The notes beneath the pieces were generated by a model that worked only from the letters and a program-made list of their open reading frames with translations, did no database searches and was not told the origin of the DNA. A stretch of 64,000 nt of DNA from a virus. This document shows positions 1 through 10,204 of the stretch, one piece after another; positions within the stretch are counted from its first letter, which is position 1; each line of letters starts with the position of its first letter. The stretch is from positions 6,005 through 70,004 of IMG/VR virus record IMGVR_UViG_3300048620_000017. One strand, written 5' to 3'. The translations under genes were made by a program, and so were the position numbers.

Positions 1-314
1 GCCTTCACGAACGATACAGCGTCAGGGTCATCGCAGTTGACGAGCGGCTTGTCGGGCGCAAACCACCGACCGAGCAGATCCGGACTGGCCGTAAACATCG
101 CCCAGGCCTGCGTCATCTGTTCTTTCGTGAGCCGCGTCATCACAGTGGATTTCAGGACGGTGATTGGCGGTGGCGCCGGCGGCGCGTAGCCAGGGAACGC
201 CGTCGCCAGTTGCGCATCTGTGGCATAATCGAGGAAGAGGACTTCGCCGGCCTGCGCGACGTAATCGAGATCGACGGCCCGCATCGAAAGACCGCCATTC
301 GAATAAGCAAACAT
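1..314 (-). CDS. Putative tail fibre assembly/accessory protein (3' end outside window)
   Basis: Read by hand: MFAYSNGGLSMRAVDLDYVAQAGEVLF...; ATG overlaps the fibre stop (TGATG); absent from ORF track because it runs off the edge. Confidence 0.7.
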   Translation of the reverse strand, partial: MFAYSNGGLSMRAVDLDYVAQAGEVLFLDYATDAQLATAFPGYAPPAPPPITVLKSTVMTRLTKEQMTQAWAMFTASPDLLGRWFAPDKPLVNCDDPDAVSFVK

Positions 315-2728
315 CAGAGACTATCCTCCCATCCGCCCAGGAACACGGCGGCGCCACTGCCGTCGCTTGCAACTGCAATAGACAAAGCCTCCAGCACCAT
401 TTCCAGGCGGCTGTTTGGTGTAACTGTCGGATATCCTTGACCGTTTGAGCCCTGGATGCCGTTGTTTGTGCCGCCATACGTGGTGTTCGGGGCAACAATC
501 AGATTAGAGAGCGAGCCGGTTTTATAATAGCCAGTCGTATACAGGTAAACTTTCGATGCCGTAGAGGGCACGAAATTCGCCAGTGAAACGCTCACCATGG
601 TCGGAGAGGTCAGAGAAAAAGTGCCTTGAACGCCGCTCACTATTACTGGGGACAGCGTCGGATTGGTCCCGAGTACGATCTGAGCGGACTTGTCATACTG
701 AACCTTGAACCTGAGCTTTGAGCCAGAGTCATAATAGGTCGCGCCGACGCGCGCCTTGAAGGTATACCCGGCAGGCATGGTCGGCGCGGTCGAGCTGAGC
801 GACAGCAGCGACGCCACGGTGTTCGTCGTGGCGTTATAGATGACCCATTCGTAGTAAAAGGTCGAGGCTGCGATCGTGCCTGTGTCGAGGCCATTGGCGC
901 CCGACGTGCCAGTGGCATAGGAGACGTTGACTGCAGTGGCCCGATATGTGTTGCCAAAGGTGTCCTCGAGAACCAGTTGGTCGGCGGTGATCGTACCGGC
1001 CGTGATCGAGGTCGTGACGATTTTCAGGTTCTTGCGGGCAACATTCGTCGGCGATGCTGCAATGACTTCCTGGACGCGCCAGCCCGTCGAGGTGGTATCA
1101 TACCAGAGGTTGATCGACTGTGACGGCTGGACAATGATCGGCGAGCTGATCAGAAACCGATTTGCCGCCAGCGAGCCCGCATTGTTGCCCAGCAGAGTAA
1201 GGTTGGCCGTACCGATGTTGGTGAGGAAGAGGAAGGCATTTGTCGCGCTGGCGGAAAGGCCGGTCAGCACCGAACCAGCCGCATTTGGCGTAAGTCGCAG
1301 GACAGAAGATGTCGCAAGGTTCGCTGGAGCGTAGTCGTTGGTGTTGCCTGCGGCCAGCGCGGCCGGCGAGATGACGCCGGTCAGGGCAAACAGCCCGGAA
1401 TCGGTTACCGATGTGGCGCTCAAGCTCTTGTTGATGAGAGACTGAACGCTGGTCAGGTCGGCTGTGATGGACGTGTTGATCGAAAACTGCGAGCCGACGA
1501 GGTTGAGGCCATTGCCGGCGGTATAGGTGCCGAGACCAGCAGTCTGGGCGAACGTGATCGGATCGGTGCCGATGTTTGGATTGTCGGTGCCGTTCTGCGC
1601 CCAGGTCGTCGATGCGAACGTTGCTCCAGCAACGATGAATGTCTGGTCGCCGAGGTTGATATCAGCGGAGAGATTGTAATAGGTCGTTCGCGTCAGGACG
1701 AACGGTGCGCCGGCGCCGCCAGTCGCGGTGACCGTGTAGACGCCATTTTGGAACGTCGACGCCTGGTTCTTGACCAGGATCACGTCATTGACGGCTACTG
1801 CGGTGCCATCGACAGACAAAGCGCCGTTGGCAGTCGCCGTGAGCGTGGCGCCGACGCCAGAGGTGCCGTTCGCATAGGTGACGGTCGGAAGCGCGGCCGT
1901 TGTCGCGTATTTCGAAGCCGGCATCACGGTCGTGGCATAGATTGCTGCCTGCACATAGGCAGTCGTCGCAATCTTGTTCGAATTGTCGGCCGGTGTCTGC
2001 GTGACGGCGGTGGATGCCGTGCCGAGCGCAACAGTTGAGCCGTTCGCGAACACCAGAGGTCCAGTCCCGGTCCCATCGGGCACGGCTGTTGCAAGAGTTG
2101 CGCTCGTGCCGGCCGCGAGGAAGGCCGCCATGTTGGAGGCAAGACCGGAGATGTCTCCGATTGCCGGCTGGGCGAACGTTGGGTTGCCGGACGTGTCAAC
2201 GCCAGTCCCGAACTGGTGAGCAGGGGCCGCGGCGGACCTCACGCCACCCAAGGCCACCGTTTGTGGCACGGGAAGATCAGCCCCAACCAGTGCGCGGAAT
2301 GAGGGGGGCCCGCTTCCAAAGCCTGGGGTCGCGAGAATGAGGTTGTTGGACTGCGATCCCAGAGAGATTCCGCTGTCCGCAAAAGCCGTTCCGTTCGTGT
2401 TTGAAAAAGTGGGTATGTCGCCCACTACGGAAGTGGAAGGCCCGACGACGTTGCCGTTGCTGATCGGCCCGATGGTTTGGCCGCCGATCTGAAAATACAG
2501 GCCACTGATCGTCGTCCAGAAATCGCCGTTGACCGGCGCAGCTGGGGCTTGTCCTGGAGCAACGTTGAAACCGGCAGCGCTAGACGTCGATGGAGCGGTG
2601 CCTAGCGGACCCTGCATCGCATCGCCGCCCCGGTTGACCGGGGTGTAGCCGAGCGCATCCTGCTTTGAGGCGAAGTATGAGGTCCACTGGCCCGGCGTCG
2701 GAACGAAGCCATAGCTAAACGTCACCAT
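314..2728 (-). CDS. Long tail fibre / receptor-binding protein 2
   Basis: T/A/G/S-rich mosaic beta-structured protein downstream of baseplate; likely start MVTFSYG at 2728. Confidence 0.8.
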   Translation of the reverse strand: MVTFSYGFVPTPGQWTSYFASKQDALGYTPVNRGGDAMQGPLGTAPSTSSAAGFNVAPGQAPAAPVNGDFWTTISGLYFQIGGQTIGPISNGNVVGPSTSVVGDIPTFSNTNGTAFADSGISLGSQSNNLILATPGFGSGPPSFRALVGADLPVPQTVALGGVRSAAAPAHQFGTGVDTSGNPTFAQPAIGDISGLASNMAAFLAAGTSATLATAVPDGTGTGPLVFANGSTVALGTASTAVTQTPADNSNKIATTAYVQAAIYATTVMPASKYATTAALPTVTYANGTSGVGATLTATANGALSVDGTAVAVNDVILVKNQASTFQNGVYTVTATGGAGAPFVLTRTTYYNLSADINLGDQTFIVAGATFASTTWAQNGTDNPNIGTDPITFAQTAGLGTYTAGNGLNLVGSQFSINTSITADLTSVQSLINKSLSATSVTDSGLFALTGVISPAALAAGNTNDYAPANLATSSVLRLTPNAAGSVLTGLSASATNAFLFLTNIGTANLTLLGNNAGSLAANRFLISSPIIVQPSQSINLWYDTTSTGWRVQEVIAASPTNVARKNLKIVTTSITAGTITADQLVLEDTFGNTYRATAVNVSYATGTSGANGLDTGTIAASTFYYEWVIYNATTNTVASLLSLSSTAPTMPAGYTFKARVGATYYDSGSKLRFKVQYDKSAQIVLGTNPTLSPVIVSGVQGTFSLTSPTMVSVSLANFVPSTASKVYLYTTGYYKTGSLSNLIVAPNTTYGGTNNGIQGSNGQGYPTVTPNSRLEMVLEALSIAVASDGSGAAVFLGGWEDSL

Positions 2729-2839
2729 GAGAACCAATCCGATTTTTTTGTGAGGAGTCGCAGGTCGCGCGATCACAGGCGCTATGGCGCCAGGATTACT
2801 GCAGGGTCGAGTTCGAGCTCGTTGACGAAGGAAATCGCG

Positions 2840-3394
2840 TCAGGAATTTGCCGGCCAGGTCGTCACAGACGAAGGCGGCGACAGCACCCCGGCCGACGTT
2901 GTGATCGTTCCGGCCTTGATCGCGGTAATCACGTCCGACAGTGACGTGAACGTGCTCTGGATGAACTGGTTCACATCGTTGAAGATCGTGGTGATCTGCG
3001 TCGCCGTCAGGTTCTGCGTGGTGCCATCCGACTGCACCCAGGTAAATGTCGCGCCGGAATTGGCCTGAGCCATCGAATAGGCACCCAGAAGAAGCGTCAG
3101 GGACGCCGGATCAGTGGCGGCCTTCACATTGACCGGTGCCTGGCTTGTTCCGACGTTGACGGTAATGCCGCCGCTGGCGATCTGCTGCTGGATCTGGTTT
3201 GCACCAGCCATCAGTTCATTGGCCAGTGAAAAGCCAGGTGGTAGCGGTGGCGAAAATGCCGTGCCGTTGTACGTATCTCCAATGTTGGCTGCATTGGATG
3301 CAACGGCCAGGCTGTCAGCTACCCAATCGTCTGCCTCGATTGAAACTGAAACGACAGTGGTACGATCACTGCTCAGATGTGCAACGCGGATCAT
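2840..3394 (-). CDS. DUF4376-like tail fibre-associated protein
   Basis: C-terminal TFTWVQSDGTTQNLTATQI pattern; directly follows fibre 1. Confidence 0.7.
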   Translation of the reverse strand: MIRVAHLSSDRTTVVSVSIEADDWVADSLAVASNAANIGDTYNGTAFSPPLPPGFSLANELMAGANQIQQQIASGGITVNVGTSQAPVNVKAATDPASLTLLLGAYSMAQANSGATFTWVQSDGTTQNLTATQITTIFNDVNQFIQSTFTSLSDVITAIKAGTITTSAGVLSPPSSVTTWPANS

Positions 3395-3403
3395 TTTTTC
3401 ACC

Positions 3404-4879
3404 TCACGAGAATTCAAAGACGACAACGACACCGGCACCTCCTGCGCCTCCCTGGGCGTTAGGCGTGCCGCCGTCAGCGCCACCGCCACCGCCACCTAGA
3501 GAACCGGGACCGCCTGCGACGCCTGGGCCGCTCCCAACCTGATTTGCGCCGCCGAACCCGCCGCCGCCCCAGAAAGAAGATCCGCCACAGCCGCCATCCT
3601 CGCCTGAACCGGGGGAGCCGCCACATCCAGGCATCAACAGGGTTCCTGCGGTGCCGACGCCGACCGACTGGCCGCCCGCACCATTTGAGATGCCGCTACC
3701 GGAAGAATACCCGCCGCCGCCGCCGGTTGCGACGGCAAGAGAGCCGAATGAAGTCGTTCCCCCACTACCGCCGGGGAGGAGAGAGCCGAACGATGCGTTC
3801 GGTACGCCTCCGGCCCCGATGGTGACGACCTGCGACCCGACCGGGCCGAAGTAGAGTGCCGTTCCACCAGCACAGCCGCCGCCGCCGACGATGTTGCCCC
3901 CAGCGCCACCGCCACCAGTCGCAAAGGCGAGCATGTTATTTGCGCCAGACGTCGGAGTGTAGGTTCCACTCAGCGTGAAGACCCGCACATTGACGAGCGC
4001 TGCGCTATGGATCAGCGAGGCTACCTGCGAGAGCGGGACCTTGCGATCAACGCCGTCCGAACCGACATGTTGAGCGATGGTATCAGTGAGGGAAAGAGCG
4101 CCAGTCGGCGCCAACAGGCTTGAGATGTTGAGGGAAAGAACCTGCTGGGCCGTTGTAGCAAGGCCGGAGTTGGCTGCCACGGTGGCAACAGGATTGAGCA
4201 GCCGAAACGACGTTGTCGCTAGGTTATATTCGAGCATGCCAGTGCCGCTGGCCGGCCATTGATTGGGGGTCAGCGCGGTGCCATCCATGTTGACGATCGG
4301 ATGTGATCCCAGCGTCTGAATGTTGCCGGTCATGCTGCCGTTGTTTGGCGTTGCGACCTTCTGAATGATGTAGAGCTGGCCATCGGCATAGGCGCTCGGC
4401 GCAGGCAGGACATTCGCGGTCACGACGTTCGCCGAACCGGTATCGAGACCCACCATGATCGGGGAGGACGATGCCCCGATATTGGTCCAGTGGGCGCCAC
4501 CGGTATCCGGGTTGGATGTGTTGTTGTCGACGGTGCTGAGCCAGACGACGCCCGCAGTCGTGCCGGCCAGCAACGCGCCGAAGGGATAGCCGCCGATCGC
4601 TGTCGAGAACGCGGAATCGTATTGAACAAGTCCGCCAGCGTTCTGCCACTGCGACCATTCTGTGATCTGCCGCAGGATGCCGTTCATGTCCTGACCGAAT
4701 GGCGGCACGCCGCCCGATCCCACGGGCAGGAAGTTTAGCGGCGGAAAGCCATCGACCAGGGAAGCCGCGCCATTCACGATCCCGATCTGCGAGGCTGTCG
4801 GAACGTTGCGGATATAACTCGGGTTTGCCGAGGCTCCCCAGACAACGGGAAACTTCGTCGGCAGTGCTGAAATCTGCAT
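3404..4879 (-). CDS. Baseplate-anchored tail fibre protein 1 with Gly-rich C-terminus
   Basis: N-terminal AASLVDGFPPLNFLPVGSGGVPPFGQDMNGIL anchor typical of this myovirus group; GGGGAGG-rich C-terminal domain. Confidence 0.85.
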   Translation of the reverse strand: MQISALPTKFPVVWGASANPSYIRNVPTASQIGIVNGAASLVDGFPPLNFLPVGSGGVPPFGQDMNGILRQITEWSQWQNAGGLVQYDSAFSTAIGGYPFGALLAGTTAGVVWLSTVDNNTSNPDTGGAHWTNIGASSSPIMVGLDTGSANVVTANVLPAPSAYADGQLYIIQKVATPNNGSMTGNIQTLGSHPIVNMDGTALTPNQWPASGTGMLEYNLATTSFRLLNPVATVAANSGLATTAQQVLSLNISSLLAPTGALSLTDTIAQHVGSDGVDRKVPLSQVASLIHSAALVNVRVFTLSGTYTPTSGANNMLAFATGGGGAGGNIVGGGGCAGGTALYFGPVGSQVVTIGAGGVPNASFGSLLPGGSGGTTSFGSLAVATGGGGGYSSGSGISNGAGGQSVGVGTAGTLLMPGCGGSPGSGEDGGCGGSSFWGGGGFGGANQVGSGPGVAGGPGSLGGGGGGADGGTPNAQGGAGGAGVVVVFEFS

Positions 4880-4888
4880 GGTTTTTCC

Positions 4889-5638
4889 TTAGATGATGAC
4901 GACCGAGGCGCTGACGCCCGTTGGCTTCGGCAAGACGCCGGAATTCTGGACGATCGCGAGTTCCACCGGGGTGAGCTCGAACTCGAATGTGTATGTCATC
5001 GTCATCGTCGCGATGGCTGAGCCCGCATAGAACGATGCCTGGTTGAACCCGACGGAATTCAGCGATTCCTGAAAGCCGAACCATGTCCCGTCGTTGCCGC
5101 CTTCAGTGACGTAGGCGTTGCCCCTATTCGGGAAGAGGCCGAGCAGGATCTGATTGATTGCCGGGATCGAACCGTTGGTGATGTTCGCAGCCATCTTGGC
5201 AAAGATCAGCCGGCGATAGGCTTCGTCCGAAAGCGCGAAATTGCTCGTCAGCGTAGTGCCGGAATAGAACGAGCCCTGCCCAAATGGATCGGATCCCGGC
5301 GTCGCTTCCTCGAAACCAAACCAGTCGCCGGCGGTGACCTGCAGGACGCGGTTGACGCCGACGATGCGCCCCCAAATGTCGAGCCCGTAACCCTGCGCTG
5401 TATCGACGTTCCAGATGTAGTCGAAGAACGCATCGAAATTGGCGGTCTGGTCGAGATAGGCGAAGAGGTTTCCGATCAGCTGCGTCAGGGCTGGCGAATT
5501 CGCATACTGGCTGATGACCGTGCGCCATACATCGAATGGCGGATAGTCGCCCATCGGACTGATGCCAATGGCGAACTGCCCCAAACCATTCGGGATCCCG
5601 GCGGGTGGCCTGGGATAGGGAGGTCCTGTGTCAGCCAT
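4889..5638 (-). CDS. Baseplate wedge protein (DUF2612-like)
   Basis: ISQYANSP...TAQGYGLDIWGRIVGVNR...LSDEAYRRLI motifs; follows baseplate J. Confidence 0.85.
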   Translation of the reverse strand: MADTGPPYPRPPAGIPNGLGQFAIGISPMGDYPPFDVWRTVISQYANSPALTQLIGNLFAYLDQTANFDAFFDYIWNVDTAQGYGLDIWGRIVGVNRVLQVTAGDWFGFEEATPGSDPFGQGSFYSGTTLTSNFALSDEAYRRLIFAKMAANITNGSIPAINQILLGLFPNRGNAYVTEGGNDGTWFGFQESLNSVGFNQASFYAGSAIATMTMTYTFEFELTPVELAIVQNSGVLPKPTGVSASVVII

Positions 5639-5640
5639 GA

Positions 5641-7077
5641 TCAGCTCAGGGTCACGATGATGTCGTTCGGCGAGACCGTCGGCACCTGGTCGATATCAAC
5701 GTTGATGTCGAAGAGATTGGGGACGGCCGCCACCATGCTCTCGCTCGACACATTCGGCGTGGTCGAGACGATGTATGTTCCGGTGCCGCCAGTGCCTGTG
5801 CCCAAGGCCGTGATTGTGGTGCCGACCTTCAATGCGCCGGAGGTGTCGGAAATGACCTGACCGACGGCCAGGGTGCCCGAGGCGACGGCCGAGACAGTCA
5901 GCGTATTGCCGGCGATAGCCCCGGTGAACACAGCCGCGGGATTATTGTTCGAACCTATCTCGATCGAGATGATCTGCGCCCACGAGCCGAGGGCGGCCAC
6001 TGGTGCGTAGAACCGGCTGGCGAACAGTTTGGTACCGATCTTGGCGCGCGGCCCTCCGTCGCCCCCGGCAAACGCCGTGACGATGGCATTCTGGATCTGG
6101 GTTGCGGCATCGGCCGGAACCAGGTTCGAATTCACGATATTGACCGCGAACAGGATCGCCAGCGGATTAGGGATCTCGAAGCTCACCCGATAGGCGGGGT
6201 ATGGCGGGACATACTGCGGGCTCTGGTCGTAGACCGTGACTGTCGTGTTGCCGTTGTAGGCGCATCCCGGAGCTTTCCGGGTCCAGATCGCCTTGGCGAT
6301 GTCGTTGGCATTGCCGCCAACCACGGCGACATATAGCGAGTTCGGATAGAGCGAGACGCCGCCGATGGTCTGAACGTTGTTGCTGACGTTTTCGGTGACG
6401 AACGCATCGATGACATTGGGGACTGCGAGCACCGCGCCCAATACGGACGGAAGCGAGCCTTGCGAGTTCAGCGCGACCGAGGCGGCGCGGCGTGCCTCGA
6501 AAGCGGCGCGACCCTCGACATTGTTGCCGAGCACGCCGTCATCGGGATTGTTGATGGAATCCCACCCGGGGATCGCCCGGTAAATCTGGTTCAGGCTGCC
6601 GGCGGGGCAAGGAATTGGGCCGACCACCAAGCATTCAAACGGCAGGGTGACAGTGCCGCCGGCGCCGATGACGCCATCTTCCGTGCACAGATACTGGTTG
6701 CCATCGGCGGCCAGCGCCAGCGAGCCGGAAGGGATCGAAACGCCAGGCAATCCATTGCAAACTGCTTGCACGACGGTCGGCTGAGACGGATTTCGTTCGA
6801 GGAAGTAGATGCGCGCGATCGCATCCTGCATCCGGCCAGTCGCAAAAGCCGGATCCACCTGGTTGGTGAATTTCAAGAAGGTCGCGTTGACCTCGTCGAT
6901 CACCGCCGTTTCGCTCGTCGCGAGCTGGCCCTGCGGCGTGTCGAGCGCCGGGTTTAGGCCACCGCCGAAGGCTTCGTTGATGTCCTCCGTGACACCGGCA
7001 AGCACGTCAGCGGCAGAAGGGATCAGGAATCCCGTATCGGTCCACTGTGGCGGCGGAACGTTGGTGGTATCGACCAT
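5641..7077 (-). CDS. Baseplate J-like protein
   Basis: [30 protein letters not shown] motifs; gene position. Confidence 0.88.
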   Translation of the reverse strand: MVDTTNVPPPQWTDTGFLIPSAADVLAGVTEDINEAFGGGLNPALDTPQGQLATSETAVIDEVNATFLKFTNQVDPAFATGRMQDAIARIYFLERNPSQPTVVQAVCNGLPGVSIPSGSLALAADGNQYLCTEDGVIGAGGTVTLPFECLVVGPIPCPAGSLNQIYRAIPGWDSINNPDDGVLGNNVEGRAAFEARRAASVALNSQGSLPSVLGAVLAVPNVIDAFVTENVSNNVQTIGGVSLYPNSLYVAVVGGNANDIAKAIWTRKAPGCAYNGNTTVTVYDQSPQYVPPYPAYRVSFEIPNPLAILFAVNIVNSNLVPADAATQIQNAIVTAFAGGDGGPRAKIGTKLFASRFYAPVAALGSWAQIISIEIGSNNNPAAVFTGAIAGNTLTVSAVASGTLAVGQVISDTSGALKVGTTITALGTGTGGTGTYIVSTTPNVSSESMVAAVPNLFDINVDIDQVPTVSPNDIIVTLS

Positions 7078-7081
7078 GTGC

Positions 7082-7432
7082 TTAGAAGCCCGCTGCGGTG
7101 GTGTTGCCCGCCGCGTCCGTCACCTGCACTTGGCCGGTGAGCTTGCGATCGGTCCATGACTGGATGAAACTCTGCGCGGAAACGACGCCGGGCACCGTCA
7201 AGGCGGCGCGATTGAAGTATGCCTTCATCAGCGATAGCGCCGGCGCCTGCCCCAGGATCTGCTGGAAATAGGGAATTCCTTGCGTCGTGTCATAGTAGAG
7301 CTCGCCCTGGAACAGACGGATGGCGCTCGCAGCGTCTTGCGCCAGCGCATAGGGCTCTTCCGCCACGGCGATATTGCCCGATGCATCATCGGTCAGGTCC
7401 CACGCGTCAGTGGTCAGCAACAGCGTCTTCAT
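7082..7432 (-). CDS. Baseplate wedge / sheath initiator (gp25/W-like)
   Basis: [18 protein letters not shown] motif between spike and J. Confidence 0.8.
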   Translation of the reverse strand: MKTLLLTTDAWDLTDDASGNIAVAEEPYALAQDAASAIRLFQGELYYDTTQGIPYFQQILGQAPALSLMKAYFNRAALTVPGVVSAQSFIQSWTDRKLTGQVQVTDAAGNTTAAGF

Positions 7433-8094
7433 CAGGTTCCCGGCTCCGGAGGACCGGACGTCCCGCCGCCAGGCTGGACGCCGGTATGGACATGGTTGAG
7501 GACACTGATGTTGGTGCCGCCATATCCGGCGATGATATCTCCCGTCACTCGCAGCTCGGCTGCGGTGACAGTGATGGCACCCGCCGCGAACTCGATGACC
7601 TGGCCGTTCTTGTCGAAGATCTTGACGCCACCCTCGGTGAACTGGACGGCCTGGTCCTGGTTGGCAGGATTGACGATCGCGCCGTGATAGATGCCGTCGG
7701 ACATGTTGCCGCGCCGGAAGCTGCCCGGATTAGATTGAGCACCAGCGTTCGCCTTCAGTGCCGAAATATCCCGGTCCATGATCGACATGTGGCCGATGTC
7801 GCCGACCTTCGGGTCGTTGATGATGCCGTTGGTGCCGCCCTGGTTTCGCGACGTAGCGATGCCATAGATGACACCATGGGGCGTCTGGTTGCCCTGCCCA
7901 TCGGTCTGGTTGATCAGCGGCATGACGTCGACCGTCGGCGGCGCGCCGACGCCACCGCCATGCACTGCGACGATTTTTACAGGGATGTTCGACCGGTGAA
8001 GCGCCAGTTCCTGGCGGATCAGGAAGCGCAGCCGGTTGATCTCGCTGGTGTCGTCAGACGTGGTCTGCTGGCCGAAAAACCCTTGGTCGCTCAT
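7432..8094 (-). CDS. Baseplate central spike (Gp138/gpV-like)
   Basis: TVDVMPL, DPKVGDIG, C-terminal HVHTGVQPG metal-binding tip. Confidence 0.88.
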   Translation of the reverse strand: MSDQGFFGQQTTSDDTSEINRLRFLIRQELALHRSNIPVKIVAVHGGGVGAPPTVDVMPLINQTDGQGNQTPHGVIYGIATSRNQGGTNGIINDPKVGDIGHMSIMDRDISALKANAGAQSNPGSFRRGNMSDGIYHGAIVNPANQDQAVQFTEGGVKIFDKNGQVIEFAAGAITVTAAELRVTGDIIAGYGGTNISVLNHVHTGVQPGGGTSGPPEPGT

Positions 8095-8954
8095 GCCGGC
8101 GCCGAGGCATCAACGGCGATGCATTCGAGGAGCATGAACCACTTTCCGTGCGGCATCATGGACTCCAGCTGATACTCGAGGCGGTTGACCTTCCACGTGC
8201 CGCAAGCGGGCGTGAGATCGCTTTGGATTTGCACCTTGCCCTGGTATTTTACGGCCGGGCTGTAGAGCGCTTTGACCAGCACGAAAGCCTGCTGGAAGAA
8301 CGGATAGCCAACCATCCCCGTGTCGGGCGAGATCAGCACGGTGTCGCTATTTCGCGCCTTGCCGGGCGGCGTGATCACCATGGTGCCGCGATCGATGCCG
8401 ACGTCGAAACCGCCGTCCCGGGCGATTGCCAGCGCCTGCGTCCACGCGGTACCGGGATAGTAGGGATTGGCGAACTTGACCTTGACGCCCACATCCTCGA
8501 ACGCCAGGCCCATCTGGCCGGCGAGGCTTTTCATCATCTGGGAGGCATCGCCAGAGCCCTTGATGCTCAACGGCGGTATGGGCTTGGCCGCTTGGAACAC
8601 GCCTGGAAGCGAGCTGATCCGGAAGCAGACATCGGGCATCGCCTGAGCGTCGACATAGGCGTAGACGATGTTGCCGGTCCACACGACGTTCTGACCGGTC
8701 TCGTCATCGCCGGCGAGCACCGAAATGCCGTTCTTGTACATCTGCAGATACTGTGAACCAACTGTGGATAGCTGGTTCATCACCGAGAGCGGCAGGCCCC
8801 AAATCGAGATTTCCGCTTGCCCTGAGCCCTGGCCCGCGTTGACGATGGTGCAGGAGACCCGTAGGCCGAACACCTCTGCGGTGTTGCCGCCTCCTTCAAA
8901 CTGCCCATTGGCGAGATCAAACTGGACGGTAATTCGCTTCTGGCTGAATGCCAT
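8091..8954 (-). CDS. Baseplate hub protein
   Basis: AEISIWGL, LISPDTGMVGYP, SMMPHGKW motifs. Confidence 0.8.
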   Translation of the reverse strand: MAFSQKRITVQFDLANGQFEGGGNTAEVFGLRVSCTIVNAGQGSGQAEISIWGLPLSVMNQLSTVGSQYLQMYKNGISVLAGDDETGQNVVWTGNIVYAYVDAQAMPDVCFRISSLPGVFQAAKPIPPLSIKGSGDASQMMKSLAGQMGLAFEDVGVKVKFANPYYPGTAWTQALAIARDGGFDVGIDRGTMVITPPGKARNSDTVLISPDTGMVGYPFFQQAFVLVKALYSPAVKYQGKVQIQSDLTPACGTWKVNRLEYQLESMMPHGKWFMLLECIAVDASAPA

Positions 8955-8992
8955 ATTAAGTTACGCCCCGCTTGTGAAAGGGAGATCGGTCG

Positions 8993-9310
8993 ATGAGGCG
9001 TTATCTGGTGGTCGGAATAATCGCGGCGTCCTGCGTGCCGGTCTGCGCCAGCAACACGATGGACAATCTGATGTTGAACGCGACCAACGTTGCCAAATGC
9101 TACCGTGACGCGGCGTTCCATTTCAGGGACAAGCTGCATCAGATATCGGTCCTGGGTGATGATGCCGCGGCTTCACTGGTCGAGAATTCATGCGACCTAG
9201 AAGCATCCGGATATATGCACTTTTGCGAGGAAGCTCACCGCTCTGAAGATCAGTGCATTGGCGACTTGAAGGTGATCGCTGTCGACGCCCTCCAGCATCC
9301 CGGCAACTAG
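8993..9310 (+). CDS. Small secreted Cys-containing protein (moron)
   Basis: Opposite strand inside baseplate operon; signal-peptide-like N-terminus; four Cys in mature part. Confidence 0.65.
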   Translation: MRRYLVVGIIAASCVPVCASNTMDNLMLNATNVAKCYRDAAFHFRDKLHQISVLGDDAAASLVENSCDLEASGYMHFCEEAHRSEDQCIGDLKVIAVDALQHPGN

Positions 9311-9621
9311 CCGACGCCAGGCGGAAGCTCGCTCGCCGACAGATAGGCCAGGCTGTAGCGCGTCCCCAACCCGGTATAATACGGGTCGGTGTCGCCCTGG
9401 TTGTCGATGAAGGCTAGGTCGCCGGAAAACCCGAGATATAGAGATCTCACAATCCGGTTGAGGTTTTGGCAAATCACGCCGCCGATCACGAGCGTGTTGT
9501 CGACATAGAGGTCGATGAACAGACCGGTGGACTTCTGATAGAGGTTGATCTGCGATACCTGCCCGCCGAGCGTCACCCCGACCGCTTGGTTCGGCACGGC
9601 CTGCAAGGGGATGATCACCAT
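9307..9621 (-). CDS. Baseplate plug/adaptor-like small protein
   Basis: IPLQAVPNQ...GLFIDL...GFSGDLAFID...DPYYTGLG; start MVIIP at 9621. Confidence 0.75.
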   Translation of the reverse strand: MVIIPLQAVPNQAVGVTLGGQVSQINLYQKSTGLFIDLYVDNTLVIGGVICQNLNRIVRSLYLGFSGDLAFIDNQGDTDPYYTGLGTRYSLAYLSASELPPGVG

Positions 9622-9622
9622 G

Positions 9623-10204
9623 TCATTGCGCCCCAATCCCAAGCGATCCGGTGATACTCGACAGCATCGAAGACTGCGCTCCGGTCGCTGGGACGGTCTG
9701 AACCGTGCCGCCGTTTTGCTGCGACGCGCCGCTCGGATCCTGTGTGTTCGACATGGCGGCGCTGACAGCCTCCCGCACTTCGAGCAGCCAGATATCGACC
9801 TTCAAGAGCCCAAGCCCTTCGTTGGAGCGCCGGCTGTAGTCGTAGTGCACGATGTTGCACGAGAGATAGACCGCCTCAGGCGTGACCACGTCGTAAAGGT
9901 TGGTGTCACCGGCAACGGCAGCGACTGACGCCAGCGTTGCGGCGCGGTTTGCGGCCGATCCGCCTGTGGTGAAGCTAATCCGCGCATCATAGGGAATCTG
10001 CACCTTGTCGTAGCTTGCGAAGGCCCCCTGCTCGACAGGAAAGTCAGAGATTGACCATTGCTGGCGATATTGCACCTTGACGACATTGTCGGCGATGATC
10101 ACCGGCACCCCACCGAAGTAGATGCCCCATGGCTGCTGCAGAAACGAGCCAGACAGCAAACCGATGGCGTCTTGCGTCAGAAGTTCGAGAATGCCGGCCA
10201 TCAC
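9623..10204 (-). CDS. Dit-like baseplate/tail protein
   Basis: SDFPVEQGAFASYDKVQIP motif after tape measure. Confidence 0.8.
   Translation of the reverse strand: MMAGILELLTQDAIGLLSGSFLQQPWGIYFGGVPVIIADNVVKVQYRQQWSISDFPVEQGAFASYDKVQIPYDARISFTTGGSAANRAATLASVAAVAGDTNLYDVVTPEAVYLSCNIVHYDYSRRSNEGLGLLKVDIWLLEVREAVSAAMSNTQDPSGASQQNGGTVQTVPATGAQSSMLSSITGSLGIGAQ

Noticed and set aside
2790-2840. GTTCGAG T-loop-like string between fibre genes
   Set aside because: No acceptor, D or anticodon arms around it
314-4879. Diversity-generating retroelement or invertible fibre cassette
   Set aside because: No reverse transcriptase, invertase, template/variable repeat pair or inverted crossover sites seen in the window
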